From Candidatus Poribacteria bacterium (lineage in GTDB: Bacteria; Poribacteria; WGA-4E; WGA-3G), in NCBI GenBank assembly GCA_965197475.1, contig CBDANF010000003.1, positions 192,001 to 256,000 of the forward strand: DNA of 64,000 nucleotides, written 5' to 3'. Below the pieces are notes generated by a model, which was not told where the DNA came from, did not search any database, and saw only the letters and a program-made list of their open reading frames with translations. The first letter of the stretch is position 1. Each line of letters begins with the position of its first letter. This document shows, in pieces, positions 23,237 to 34,836 of the stretch. The position numbers were made by a program, and so were the translations under genes.

Positions 23237-23543
23237 GGATTTATCATCCTTCACCATGTTTTGCAATCCGAGTGTTTGTTAAACTCTACAATTTATAGGT
23301 GAATTTGTCAATATTATTTGAGGGCGTTGGAACGTTGGTATGGGTTGTGCATTTGGCACACGGGTTATATGGACAGGATTTGTACTCTATAATGGCGTTC
23401 CTTTGCTATTTGAATCGCACTCGCCACAATTGCAATATATTCGTTTCAGAATCGCGGATTTGTGCAGATTTCGCAGATGACGCGGATTGAAAATCTGTGA
23501 CATCAGGCGATCTCCGCTAAAAAGGCAGTTTTCTGTTTTACTG

Positions 23544-24850
23544 CTATGCCTGCGGGGGTGTTAGTAGCATTACGGCGATGTCTTCTGGGATTTAACGTTA
23601 TGTTTCTGCTCAAAGTCGGCAATGCTATCATAATGCCCAAAGAATTCAATTATTATACCTTCTTTTGCATCCTTTGTCTCCACGAAGTCCGATCTAAATT
23701 TTTCCCATTCGTGAAGGTTTAGCCAAATCCAACACCGATTACGATATGCATTTGCCTATTCAGCATTTATTTTTATTGCTTTGTCATAGTTTTTGATTGC
23801 AAGTTCAACTTTTCCTTTTTTAAGATAAGCTAAACCAAGGTTATTATGTGCCTCAGCTAAATTAGGATTAAATTGTATCGCTTTCTTAAAATATTTAATC
23901 GCACGATCATACTGACCTTTTTTGCCGTAACTTTTACCGAGATTTGTGTAGGTTTTAGCATCATTGGGCTTGAGTCGTATTGCTTTATTCAAATCCTTGA
24001 TGGCACAGTTTAACCTGCCCTTATTGTTGTAAGCATTTCCACGATTAGTATAAGCTTTGGCTAAATCCGGATCCAGTTGTATCGCTTTAGTATAGTTCTT
24101 GAAAGCATGGCCAACATGACTTTTCATGTCATAAGCAACGCCGCGATTGTAATATACCTCAGCATCGTTGGGGTTGAGTTGTATTGATCTGTTAAAATCT
24201 TTGATAGCAAGATCATGTTCACCCTTTACACCGTAAGCAACACCGCGATAATTATAAGCTCCAGCATTTTTCGGGTTCAGTTCAATTGCACGGGAATAAG
24301 CTGCAATTGCTCTATCAAATTGCTTTAGCATCATCATGAAATTACCCTTTTCTACTATCCAATAAGACAATATCTTAATTTCTTCCGATGCTATAGTAGG
24401 TGAAGGTTGTAGCTGAGATTGCATTTCTTCAACGACTTTTCGAATACCATCTACTACACTTTTCCAACCTTTACTTTCTGGCTGCCATTCGTTAATTGGC
24501 TTGACTCCTTCAGGAAGTGCCTGAAATTCGCTGAGTTGGTGGTTTTCCCAATCGCAATGCTCAAGGATAATCGGAATCACTCTTATATTTGGATTTAACG
24601 CAGCAGTCAATTCCTTATTGCAATTTTCAGAAGCAAGACTATACGGACAAGTAAGGTAGAGCAGAATGTCCGAATCGGCAAGGTTGGTGAAAATTGCATC
24701 CCGCCATTTGTCTCCGGGTAAAATTTCGTTGTCGTGCCAGACATCAATTAAACCATTTTGCTTCATTACAGCAAGGTAAGTAATTAATTTGTCCTTTGCT
24801 TCGGTATTTTTATGCGCGTAGGTAATGAAAACCTTTAATCCTTTACTCAT
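23544..24850 (-). CDS. TIR domain + TPR protein (stop at 23756 and frameshifts in the tail)
   Basis: KVFITYAH TIR start, ENCNKEL, multiple AYNNRG-type TPRs; frame continues past TAG toward DFEQKHNV..PEDIAVML. Confidence 0.82.
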
Positions 24851-25175
24851 TCATTTCTCTCCACAATTGCAATATCTTCAGGACTAAACCATATAATGAT
24901 TATAACAGAGGCTCAGTTCATTTTCAAGAGGAAACGTTGGGATAAGGTTGTGTGTTTGGGCAAGGTCTTAGATTAAAGTCTGCACAGCCATTTCGATTCA
25001 CAAAAATGTTGACATCTAATCATATATCCTATACAATTCCATTTAGAAACCATCTCATAATATGGAATATCGCGCTGGAAAAGCGGGTTTACTGGCATTT
25101 ATGAGACATGTTTTTATAAAAAACTGAGGATGAATACCATCCAAAACATAGAAAGAATTGCCTAAGGAGGCGGAC

Positions 25176-26345
25176 ATGGCAGAACAGATTAAAATGGGTT
25201 TAGTCGGATGTGACGGTATGTCCGGTGCCCACATGAACGCTTATCGCGAGTTGTGGTCGAAAGAGGTCCGAGAATTCGATATTATTGCTGCGTGTGATAT
25301 AGACAAAGGCAGAGCCGAGGCGCGCGCGAATCAGGCACATGAGTTCCAAGGCGGCACAAAACCTGCTGTTTATACGGAACTTGACGAGATGCTTGATAAG
25401 CACCCCGATTTAGAATGCGTAGATATCTGTGCGTTGCATAGTGCACATCACGTGCTTGCCGTGCCAGCATTGGAAGCAGGCAAACATGTCATCATCGAAA
25501 AACCTTTTGGTATTACGATGCGCGCATGCAAACTGATGATGGAAGCAGCGGAGCGCAACGATAAAATTATTTCTGTAGCGGAAAACTATAGATTGAGTCG
25601 TATGGAACGTACGCGGAGTTGGGTAATTGCGCAGGGACGCGTCGGTGAACCCCGTATGTTCTTCTGGATTGAGGTAGGCGAGGGTTTAGGCAAGTGGGGT
25701 TGGCGCAACTTCAAGATGGATGCTGGCGGCGGATGGGCATTAGATGGCGGTGTGCATTTCACAGATCTGATGCGATATATCCTCGGTTTGGAAGCTGAGG
25801 AAGTTTATGCTATCAACAAAGCTTATGAACCTTTCCGCTACGATAATGCAGGCGCACGTGAAGGCGGATATGCGGTTGATGTTGAAGACGCTATGATCGC
25901 AACAATCAAGTTTGAACAAGGTGTTACTGCACAGTGGACATGGGTCGGTTCCGCTCCTGCCCACGGTTTCGGTCAGAAAGTCATTTACGGTAGTGAGGGC
26001 GCGCTTGATTGGGGTAGAGGTTTGGTGCCACGCGGTGGCGAGGCAATTTCTAATGATGATTTACAGAAGGAATTCACGGATAGCCTCAGTGATGACGAAC
26101 GTGAATACTATTTCCCTGCTGGAATTGGTAATACGGTTGCGATTGAACTGAAATACTTTGCTGATGCAATCCGTAGTGGTGGCAAACCTGAAGTGGATGC
26201 CGTGGAAGGAATGAGATCTGAAGCTATCTGCATGGCAGCCTATGAATCTGGATATTGGGGTCGCCCAGTGACAATTGCCGAGATTGAAAACTGTGAACTG
26301 GAAGGTTACCAGAAGGAAATCAACGACAAGTTGGGCATTAAATAA
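25176..26345 (+). CDS. Gfo/Idh/MocA family oxidoreductase
   Basis: MGLVGC, HVIIEKP, DGGVH; AGGAGG RBS. Confidence 0.9.
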   Translation: MAEQIKMGLVGCDGMSGAHMNAYRELWSKEVREFDIIAACDIDKGRAEARANQAHEFQGGTKPAVYTELDEMLDKHPDLECVDICALHSAHHVLAVPALEAGKHVIIEKPFGITMRACKLMMEAAERNDKIISVAENYRLSRMERTRSWVIAQGRVGEPRMFFWIEVGEGLGKWGWRNFKMDAGGGWALDGGVHFTDLMRYILGLEAEEVYAINKAYEPFRYDNAGAREGGYAVDVEDAMIATIKFEQGVTAQWTWVGSAPAHGFGQKVIYGSEGALDWGRGLVPRGGEAISNDDLQKEFTDSLSDDEREYYFPAGIGNTVAIELKYFADAIRSGGKPEVDAVEGMRSEAICMAAYESGYWGRPVTIAEIENCELEGYQKEINDKLGIK

Positions 26346-26372
26346 CGTGAGTTCTACAAAACTTAGTAGTGA

Positions 26373-26412
26373 ATCAACGCCAAATTCGGACATGGTATTT
26401 GGCGTTGATTTT
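26373..26412 (+). terminator. hairpin terminator
   Basis: AATCAACGCCAAAT..ATTTGGCGTTGATT followed by T tract. Confidence 0.6.
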
Positions 26413-26502
26413 GTCTTATTTTAACGCACCTTCATGCTTATACCCGGGCTTTTAGCATGAGTATTATAAACACATTCTTGAACAATTCATGAGGAAAATT
26501 GA

Positions 26503-27204
26503 GTGAAAACATTTGGACCGCGATTATGTTTTATCGGATTAATCGCTATCTTTTTTATGCTGTTTACACCTGACGTTGTACAAGCGTTTGGTATTGAAGA
26601 TAGAAATCTCATTTACGAACAAGGCGATATTCTCCGTCGTCCCAAAAACCTCCGAGGAAGACGGCAAGGCTTCATTTTTAGTATCGGTGCTGGTGTCGGC
26701 AATACAAGTTTTACTTCGCCACTTGCAGAATATTGGGGAAGCGCGTACGAAGGTAGTTTGCCAGATCCGCGTAGCACTACATCCGCCTTTGCCACAGAGC
26801 TTAAAGTCGGGCACGGCTTTACAGATCAGTTCCTTCTCTACTACACCAGCCGCATCTCATGGCTGCCGCTATCAAACCTTTACCGAGACACTATGATAGC
26901 AAACGGGTTAGCTGGTATAGGAATGACGATCTATCCGCTCCGAAGCAGTGATTTTTACATAGTAGGTTCTGCCGGTTTCGCGGTTCTTGTAACGTGGCAA
27001 CCCCCTTTCAAATTGGAGAGGGCAAGACAGACTGGTCTGGCTGTATCTGGTGGAATCGGTTATGAGCTTTTACCCCATCTGAACATCGACTTTACAGCTA
27101 ATTTCGGAAACGCAAATTCGACACAACTTGATGACGTAAATGAGATAACACTCACCAATGAGATTGTCACTTTTTTGGTGACTGTTAACCTCATTTTCTA
27201 TTAG
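26503..27204 (+). CDS. outer-membrane beta-barrel-like protein
   Basis: Signal peptide, amphipathic strands, terminal aromatic residue. Confidence 0.65.
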   Translation: MKTFGPRLCFIGLIAIFFMLFTPDVVQAFGIEDRNLIYEQGDILRRPKNLRGRRQGFIFSIGAGVGNTSFTSPLAEYWGSAYEGSLPDPRSTTSAFATELKVGHGFTDQFLLYYTSRISWLPLSNLYRDTMIANGLAGIGMTIYPLRSSDFYIVGSAGFAVLVTWQPPFKLERARQTGLAVSGGIGYELLPHLNIDFTANFGNANSTQLDDVNEITLTNEIVTFLVTVNLIFY

Positions 27205-27226
27205 CACGTTTTGTGGGGAAAAATCC

Positions 27227-27937
27227 ATGCATCCAAATAGATTTTTAAGTTATGCTACAACTGCGTTGCTTTTGATAGTCCTGTTTGTGGGTATCCTGAG
27301 TTGTGGAGATATCAGTGACGAAGAAACTACTGATCGGATCCGGTTCACTGAATTTGTGCTTTTTCCGACTTCGCCTTACGTTGATAAATCATATATAGAA
27401 CAGGTGCCCGCAGATGACGTAGCGTTTTTAGAAATTGACTTTGATGCTGAAAAAGCGGCAATTCAACAAGTCTATAACGATTTTTATAATGCCTATAACG
27501 ATAGAAGTATAAGTACTTTTTCAAAGATTTTGCATAAGGGAATTAACATTGATATTGGTTTTTACTACAAAGAGTGTGATGAATTTACCAATCGGGCTAC
27601 TAACTGGACTACCGTTAATACGGTTATTCAGGCTTCATGGATTATTCCCTCTTGTCCGCTAAATGACCCAAAGTGGGGACCAAATCCTACGTTGAAAGAA
27701 TTTTATATTAGGCCCAAGAATATAAGTGCCCTTTGGGACGAAGCGAGCGTGAAAGGGTTCAATTGTTGGAATGGAACTACTGATCGCCCCGGGGAGACAT
27801 ATATTTATCTGGTTAAAATAAATAACAAATGGTTGATTTATCAACTCGCAAGCCTTTCACCGGAGGACGCTGCTATCTACAACGGAAAACCGCCGCTCCC
27901 CAAATATTTTAACGATTCTAAATATAAGGCACCTTAA
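27227..27937 (+). CDS. lipoprotein with NTF2-like character
   Basis: ILSC lipobox; AIQQVYNDFYNAYN..KINNKWLI pattern. Confidence 0.65.
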   Translation: MHPNRFLSYATTALLLIVLFVGILSCGDISDEETTDRIRFTEFVLFPTSPYVDKSYIEQVPADDVAFLEIDFDAEKAAIQQVYNDFYNAYNDRSISTFSKILHKGINIDIGFYYKECDEFTNRATNWTTVNTVIQASWIIPSCPLNDPKWGPNPTLKEFYIRPKNISALWDEASVKGFNCWNGTTDRPGETYIYLVKINNKWLIYQLASLSPEDAAIYNGKPPLPKYFNDSKYKAP

Positions 27938-27979
27938 CGTTAACCTGATCCAAACCATTATCACGAATTTGAGGAAACT

Positions 27980-29332
27980 ATGGCAAAACCAACCGATATC
28001 CGCATCCTTGACGTTCAATATGATTTTGAGGAACACCAATACCGTACCCCGCTCAAGTTCGGGGGTGTGCCAACAGATCGTTGTGTCCTTTTTAACGTTC
28101 GGGTGCAAGTCCAGACGTATAACGGAAAAGAAGCGGAAGGAAGAGGTTCTATGCCGCTGGGCAACGTCTGGGCATTTCCACCGCGCTATGTGCCTTTTGA
28201 CCAAAGCCTCGCTGCAATGAAAACACTTGCCGAATTGACAGCTGATGCGACACGAGATTGCACACTCTGTGCACATCCTCTTGAACTCTCTGAGGTGCTT
28301 GAACCCGAATTTTTACAAATCGCAGACGGACTGTCGCAGACGATGCAGCTTATATCCCCGATACCGAAACTCTGTACTGTTGTCACGACAAGTCCGATTG
28401 ACGCAGCAATCCATGACGGGTTTGGAAAAGCAAACGGTATCAATAGTTACAACGGATTAGACGAAGATTTCATTCAGGCAGATCTGTCGCATTTTCTGGA
28501 CAGAGAGTTCACAGGAAAATATCTTGATCAGTATACGACACGACATCCGAAGCCGAACATGCCGATCTATCACCTTGTCGGTGCGTTGGACCCGCTTACG
28601 GAAGCGGATATTACAAAACGTCTTGATGATGGATTACCGGAAACACTACCGGAATGGATTGTAGCCGACGGGTTGACACATCTAAAGATAAAGTTAAATG
28701 GTGATAATCTTGATTGGGATGTAGCACGCGTGCTGGCGATTGATGAAATCACCGCAGAAACACAGGCAAAACGAGGCGTTAGCAAGTGGCACTACTCCGC
28801 AGATTTCAACGAAACATGCCAAGATGTGGAATACCTGTTGGAATTTCTTAATCGGATTCAGGAAGGGGATGGATATGCCTTTGAACGTCTTGCTTACATT
28901 GAGCAACCGACTGACCGCGACTTAGAGGCGCACCCGGAAAATAAGATGCACAAAGCTGCCGAAATAAAACCGGTGGTGATTGATGAATCCCTCACCGATT
29001 TTGAAACACTCCTATTGGCACGTGAACAAGGGTATTCTGGTGTTGCACTCAAGGCGTGTAAAGGACAATCACAGGCGTTGCTGATGGGTGCTGCTGCGCA
29101 AGAGTTCGGGATGTTCCTCGCGGTGCAGGATTTGACGTGCCCGGGGGCATCGTTTTTACACTCTGCTGGACTCGCGGCGCGCATCCGTGGCGTAACCGCT
29201 ATTGAGGGAAACGCGCGCCAATTTTGCCCAAGTGCAAATGATGGTTGGCGAGACGAATATCCATCAATTTTCAACATTACCGATGGCACTGTAGGAACAC
29301 AAGTGCTTACCGGTCCTGGGCTTGGACATTGA
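27980..29332 (+). CDS. enolase superfamily (mandelate racemase/muconate lactonizing-like) protein
   Basis: HLKIKL, ADFNE, YIEQP, IDES motifs. Confidence 0.85.
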   Translation: MAKPTDIRILDVQYDFEEHQYRTPLKFGGVPTDRCVLFNVRVQVQTYNGKEAEGRGSMPLGNVWAFPPRYVPFDQSLAAMKTLAELTADATRDCTLCAHPLELSEVLEPEFLQIADGLSQTMQLISPIPKLCTVVTTSPIDAAIHDGFGKANGINSYNGLDEDFIQADLSHFLDREFTGKYLDQYTTRHPKPNMPIYHLVGALDPLTEADITKRLDDGLPETLPEWIVADGLTHLKIKLNGDNLDWDVARVLAIDEITAETQAKRGVSKWHYSADFNETCQDVEYLLEFLNRIQEGDGYAFERLAYIEQPTDRDLEAHPENKMHKAAEIKPVVIDESLTDFETLLLAREQGYSGVALKACKGQSQALLMGAAAQEFGMFLAVQDLTCPGASFLHSAGLAARIRGVTAIEGNARQFCPSANDGWRDEYPSIFNITDGTVGTQVLTGPGLGH

Positions 29333-29681
29333 TACTTGATATTTCTCTTTCCGCGTCCACGACAGTGATATTCGTTACAACGTTCCTCTGTTCCGGATGC
29401 TGAACAGGAAAATCTTTTATCGTCTCATTGATCAACTCTTGCACTATCGTTTTAACTCGATCAAACGGTATACATTCCAAAACGATGATGGCACGATGTT
29501 TTGACGGGTCTATATTGTATGTCAATCCATACTGGATACCAAGGCGCATTAACTCTGGTTCAACGTTGATAGATATGTGTCTGCGTTCCTGCTCTGTGAT
29601 ATAAAAGCTATCAACGATGAAGTGGGTGTGAATCCACGCTTCTCGTTCTTCAATGATCTTCATAATTCTGCATTGTAACAT
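29307..29681 (-). CDS. hypothetical protein
   Basis: 124 aa ORF convergent with the enolase-family gene. Confidence 0.55.
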   Translation of the reverse strand: MLQCRIMKIIEEREAWIHTHFIVDSFYITEQERRHISINVEPELMRLGIQYGLTYNIDPSKHRAIIVLECIPFDRVKTIVQELINETIKDFPVQHPEQRNVVTNITVVDAEREISSINVQAQDR

Positions 29682-29758
29682 GAAAAGCGATAGGTGTCAA
29701 CGTTACGGAAGGGGTAGGGTATAAACTGTCGGATTGACTGAGTATATAGTGGAAAAGG

Positions 29759-30649
29759 TTATTTTTTTATTTCTGGACGCGGGCGCACTATTCGAAACCC
29801 AATTGTGTGTGTGGAGTCCAGAGGATAGAACTTAAATCGTAAACCTGAACGCAGAAATGGGCTGCCGGCATCCCACGCACCACCGCGAATTACGCGTGCC
29901 CGTAACACATCTCGAAAACGTAGGTTAAGCGGATTCAGCCTCACATTCTTGCTGTTCTGTTGGTAGAAAGAGGGGTTATATTCATCAAGGCACCACTCCC
30001 AGACGTTTCCAGCAAGATCGGCAATGCCATCCGGAGAAGCACCTTTTGGAAATTGTCCGACAGGAGTTGGACGATTATAGCGACGAGCGAAATTCGCATG
30101 GTGCCGTGCTTTCGGAGGATCGTTTCCCCACGGGTATGTTCGTCCTTCTGTGCCACGAGCCGCGCGTTCCCACTGTGCTTCTGTTGGCAAACTCCCACCA
30201 ATCCATTCTGCAAACGCTTGCGCATCAAACCAAGTGACACCGACGACAGGTTGTGCATCGGCGTTGAAGTTTTCATCTTTCCATGTCTCTTCGCCTTGAT
30301 GTCCGCGGGGTGTAGGTCGTCCTGTTGCTTCAATGAAAGCGCGGTATTGTGCGTTCGTGATTTCGTAGCGTGAGATTTGGTATGCAGAGAGATAGACACT
30401 GTGTCATGGAATTTCAGCGTCAAAGGTGTGCTTTTCCAGTAGGGAACTTCGTAATTTCGCGTCTGTGTAGGCGGTTTCTGCTTCCTCTTGTATGGAACCC
30501 ATAAGGAATTCGCCTTCTGGAATCCTAACCCACTCTATGGTGGTGAGTGTTTTTTCAGCGGCAGGACTTAATTCAGCGGTAATAACACCTTCCCAAACGC
30601 CAAGAAGGAATACCAGAATCGTAAGGCAGACGCATCGCATTCCAGACAA
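29759..30649 (-). CDS. formylglycine-generating enzyme (SUMF1) family protein, two frameshifts
   Basis: IPEGEFLMGS, PTEAQWERAARG, DLAGNVWEWC, RGGAW, IGFR. Confidence 0.85.
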
Positions 30650-30655
30650 AATCCT

Positions 30656-31318
30656 TTAATTTTCGCTGAGTTTCTCTTCAAAATTGAACTTTCTTAAAGA
30701 AAATCTGGTCCATACTTTATCCAAATTTTCGCCATCACTAGAGGAACCACCGTACGATCCAACGCTATAAGTATCACTAATACTAGCACTTAATTTGTTA
30801 GCTATCTTAAATATATCTTCTACATGGCGAAGGCTTTGCGAATTGATCACACGACATCGTAAAATATCCGGAGGTTCAGAGTAATTTTCATCATATTTCA
30901 GATAAGCATAATCTTTTAAAATGCTTTTGAGAATGTTTACAGAAGTATCATCGGATTTCTTAGCAGGACAGTCTTCATTATAAGTTGGGGAATTATAATA
31001 AGGCAAGAGTCTCACCACACTTGGATTTTTCCGGACAATTTTAGTGATCTCTATAGCCGCTTCCTGCAGAGTTTTTTCCAACTCCTTGCGGGTAATTCCT
31101 TGCAGCTGATCGTCTCTAAGGGTTGCAGTGAAAACACCTTTGCTCATATCCATCGGTAAACCTTCTCTTTGTTCAACGCCATTGCGCGCATACCGAACAT
31201 GTCCGAAGAAAGTTGGACCGTAACCCTGCACATTAAGTATTTCTACTCAAAGGAACTGAATGAATTTATAACCTGGTAAGTCTTTTAAGTCAATGATTAG
31301 TTTATCATATTCACTCAT
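30656..31318 (-). CDS. hypothetical protein with an in-frame TGA near the 5' end
   Basis: GAGGAGGAG RBS and ATG at 31318, in frame with ORF 30656..31231. Confidence 0.6.
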
Positions 31319-31344
31319 TAATAACTCCTCCTCTGTGATAGACG

Positions 31345-31955
31345 CTAATCGAATCCGGAAAATTCTACATCAAAACGATTCTTAACACAGGATGGGGATA
31401 TATGTCCGTAACCCAGAATCTCAGCATCCCGTAGCGCATTAATTAACGTTTCTAACGGAAGTGTTAAGTTGTAGTCGCAACGCCTTCCTGGTCCTGGTGG
31501 TTCAGGTTGTCTACCTATCAGAAAATTCGACATGTTTTGTGGGTCAACAACCCCAGAAGAAAGTTTGGCAGCCCATTGTGTTGATAGAAAGGAAATTCTT
31601 TTCGGACATCAACATTAGCAGGATCCTGTAAACTTAGTGCTACTTCCTTGATCGGATCAAATAGTTTGAGATCTGTAGGTAAAGAATTGTCGATCTCTAT
31701 TTCGTAAACATAGCCTGGATTATTTCTTGTAGGTATTATGCCAGCAGTTCCACTCCACATTGCATAATGCCATGCTACTGCATAAGATCGGGTAAGAGAA
31801 ATATACGGACTGTTAAAAGTCCCTGCAGCAATGTGATCTATTAATGCTTCAGTCGTCTGCGTAGTTTCTGGTGACCTCGCCGCAAAACCTACTTGACGGG
31901 AGTCGTTGGCATGCCAATGCGTTCCAACTCCCGCCCCCTTATAGAATGTAGCCAT
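31345..31955 (-). CDS. putative ADP-ribosyltransferase-fold protein (frameshift near 31545)
   Basis: FYKG, SPYISLT, GYVYEI and RDAEIL follow the R-S-E ART motif order. Confidence 0.55.
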
Positions 31956-32169
31956 AAATGTTTAGACCTGAAAGGCATGGTAACAGGCAGCATCATGGAC
32001 TATCAGTTACCTTAAAATTTGATTACGTATATTTTACCATGCCTACAAGAATATGTCAATTTTATAGATTGACTCAGGAGAACACATTTTCGGCTTGATG
32101 CCTATAACAAAATCTGTTATATTAAAAGACAAGCAATTTGTTGGACTAAGGAAGAGTATTCTTTACCTA

Positions 32170-33153
32170 ATGCGCAAAACTAACTCTAACAAACTGATCG
32201 TAGGTTCTCTGATAGCTGAACCCGGGACACGGATGGAAGGGCGTTTGTCCGTTGGAACACTGCCGGATGGCACGCCGATTCGTGTGCCTGTTGTTCTCAT
32301 CAATGGAAAACAACCGGGTAAAACTCTCTACCTCCAAGCGATTAGCGATGGAAATGAACTGAACGGTATCGCTGTTATCCACGAAATCTTAAGCCAGATT
32401 GAACCTGCAGAATTAAACGGTAAACTGATTGCAGTACCGGTTGTCAACGTCCACGCCTTTCATGCAAAGCAAGCGTATAGTCCTGTTGATAACGTAAAGA
32501 TGAACCGTTGTTTCCCCGGACGCGCTGAAGGCACATCAAGCGAGCGTATCGCATATCAGTTATTTGAGAAAGCCATCCGAAACGCTGACTATTGCATCGA
32601 CCTGCATCAGGGAGGTGTTCAGCCGATGATTGATGAAGTGCGCGTGCGTGTTGGAGAGAAACATCAATGTCATAGTGCTTGCCTTGCGTTAGCACGCGTC
32701 TTCGGTATCGGCTATATTCTTGACCAAAAGGGCCCGAAGGGACAACTTGCCCAAGCTGCGCCGGACATCGGGATACCGACAATTGACCCAGAACTCGGTG
32801 GAACACATGGATGGGATACCATTAGTATTGGCAAAGGTGTCCGAGGTGTGCTAAACGTACTTAAACAGTATCAATTTATCAATGGAACACCTGAAATTCC
32901 TGACCAGCAGATTGTTGTTAACCGATTTGTGTCTGTCCTCAACAATAAAGGTGGATTCGTCTACTACAAAGCGAAATTATATGATCGGCTTGAAGCACGG
33001 CAACCGATAGCTGAAATTCGCGATGTGTTTGGACATGTATGTGAGGTTGTCCGCAGCCCTGATGAGGGTATATTTTGGTCACACCCGGTCTATCCGATGG
33101 TTGCGAGCGGTGGTATTATCGGTAAAATAGGGACACCAATTAGTTACCTCTGA
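32170..33153 (+). CDS. succinylglutamate desuccinylase/aspartoacylase (M14) family protein
   Basis: DGNELNG, MNRCFPG, IDLHQGG. Confidence 0.88.
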   Translation: MRKTNSNKLIVGSLIAEPGTRMEGRLSVGTLPDGTPIRVPVVLINGKQPGKTLYLQAISDGNELNGIAVIHEILSQIEPAELNGKLIAVPVVNVHAFHAKQAYSPVDNVKMNRCFPGRAEGTSSERIAYQLFEKAIRNADYCIDLHQGGVQPMIDEVRVRVGEKHQCHSACLALARVFGIGYILDQKGPKGQLAQAAPDIGIPTIDPELGGTHGWDTISIGKGVRGVLNVLKQYQFINGTPEIPDQQIVVNRFVSVLNNKGGFVYYKAKLYDRLEARQPIAEIRDVFGHVCEVVRSPDEGIFWSHPVYPMVASGGIIGKIGTPISYL

Positions 33154-33309
33154 AACGGCTTTCGGCTATTGGCTTTCAGCAGTCGGTTACAGAAATTTCT
33201 TTTAGAAAGTTGATTGAAAATCGGGCTTAAAAAGCCCTCCCACAAGAAAGAGAAATCAGAATTACAAATCCTCCGACGAGAGTTGGTATCACCTTTAGGA
33301 AAGAATGGT

Positions 33310-34611
33310 ATGCATAAAAAAAATCGAGAAAACTTTATAGAACAGATGGGGTCTGGGAGCGTTGCAATCTTTGCTAATGCGCCTGCTGCAATGCGGAACC
33401 ACGACACAGAACATATTTATAACCCCGATCCGAATTTTTATTACCTCACAGGTTTTGAAGAACCGGAATCGATTTGTGTTATCGCACCTGACCATCCAAA
33501 ACATCAATATGTTTTGTTTGTGCTTCCCAAAGATGAAAAAGCCGAAATCTGGAACGGCAAACGGGTCGGCGTTGAAGATGCCTGTGCACACTACGGTGCA
33601 GACAAAGCATTCCCAATAGACAAGTTTGAAAAGAGAATAGGCAGATACTTAAAAAAGGCTGAACGGCTGTATTACACGCTTGGCTCCAATGGCCATGTTG
33701 ACGCTGAAATCCTCGCCCGTTTTAAACAGGGTGTGAGGTCGCGTATTCGCACTGGAAAAGGAATCCATACGCTTGTTGATCCGAGTCCAATTCTCAGTGA
33801 AATGCGGTTAATCAAAAATGAGACGGAACTGTATCGTATAAGGCAGGCAGCGGATATTACGGTGGATGGTCATATCGCAGCGATGGTAGCAGCACGTCCG
33901 GGGATGTACGAGTACGAATTAGAGGCGATTGTAGATGCAACCTTCCGTAGCAGTGGCGCAAACGGCACCGCTTTTCCGACAATTGTCGCGAGTGGGGGAA
34001 ACGCAACGATCCTTCATTATAGAACTAACGACTGCCAGATTGAAGATAATACGCTCGTTCTTATTGATGCAGGTGCAGAATATGAACGCTACTGCGGGGA
34101 CGTAACCCGAACCTTTCCTATCAACGGCACTTTTACCGACGCGCAAAGAGAGATATATCAACTTGTTCTTGATGCACATTATGCGATTATTGACACGATT
34201 CGTCCGGGGGTCTCTATTGATGAACCGCACCAAAAATCGATCGAGTTGTTGACAGAGGGGATGCTTAGTCTCGGTCTTTTAAAGGGCAAAACGAAAAAAT
34301 TGATAAAGAAAGAGACATACAAGCAGTTCTATATGTATCGTGTGGGGCACATGATCGGCTTAGATGTTCACGATGTTAATTGTGTTCGCGATGCAGAAGG
34401 TGAGTTTAAAACCTTTGAACCCGGGATGGTCATCACAATTGAACCTGGACTCTACGTTGCGGAAGGCACGAAAAAGGTTCCTACAGATTACCTCGGCATC
34501 GGTGTCCGCATTGAGGACGATATTCTCGTCACGGAGTCCGGCTGTGAGGTGCTAACTGATGTTGTTCCAAAGGAAATTGATGCGATTGAGGAACTGATGA
34601 AACAGGGTTAA
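33310..34611 (+). CDS. pepP: Xaa-Pro aminopeptidase
   Basis: FYYLTG, LIDAGAE, DVTRTFP, GLDVHD, TIEPGLY, GVRIEDD. Confidence 0.92.
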   Translation: MHKKNRENFIEQMGSGSVAIFANAPAAMRNHDTEHIYNPDPNFYYLTGFEEPESICVIAPDHPKHQYVLFVLPKDEKAEIWNGKRVGVEDACAHYGADKAFPIDKFEKRIGRYLKKAERLYYTLGSNGHVDAEILARFKQGVRSRIRTGKGIHTLVDPSPILSEMRLIKNETELYRIRQAADITVDGHIAAMVAARPGMYEYELEAIVDATFRSSGANGTAFPTIVASGGNATILHYRTNDCQIEDNTLVLIDAGAEYERYCGDVTRTFPINGTFTDAQREIYQLVLDAHYAIIDTIRPGVSIDEPHQKSIELLTEGMLSLGLLKGKTKKLIKKETYKQFYMYRVGHMIGLDVHDVNCVRDAEGEFKTFEPGMVITIEPGLYVAEGTKKVPTDYLGIGVRIEDDILVTESGCEVLTDVVPKEIDAIEELMKQG

Positions 34612-34648
34612 CTACCCATCATGTGTTATCTGTTGAAGCCATAAACCT

Positions 34649-34822
34649 ATGAGAAATTACCAATTTTATCTCAAAGATATTTATGAAGCAATGAGTGCTG
34701 TCCAAACATTTGTCAAAGGTATTGATTTTGATGCGTTTGTCGTAGATGATAAAACCACCTCTGCTGTCATCTGGAAACTTGAAATTATTGGAGAAGTGGC
34801 TAAAAATATTTTGGAACTGTAA
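34649..34822 (+). pseudogene. truncated DUF86/HepT-like gene
   Basis: MRNYQFYLKDIYEA...SAVIWKLEIIGEVAKNI; lacks the RxxxxH half. Confidence 0.7.
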
Positions 34823-34836
34823 TATTATAATCGGTG

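Larger units (their letters stand above)
22590..23488 (+). repeat. three dispersed REP-like repeats (22590, 22660, 23446)
   Basis: C(T/A)GAATC(T/G)CGGATT..CAGATT(A/T)CGC(A/G)GAT consensus. Confidence 0.6.
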
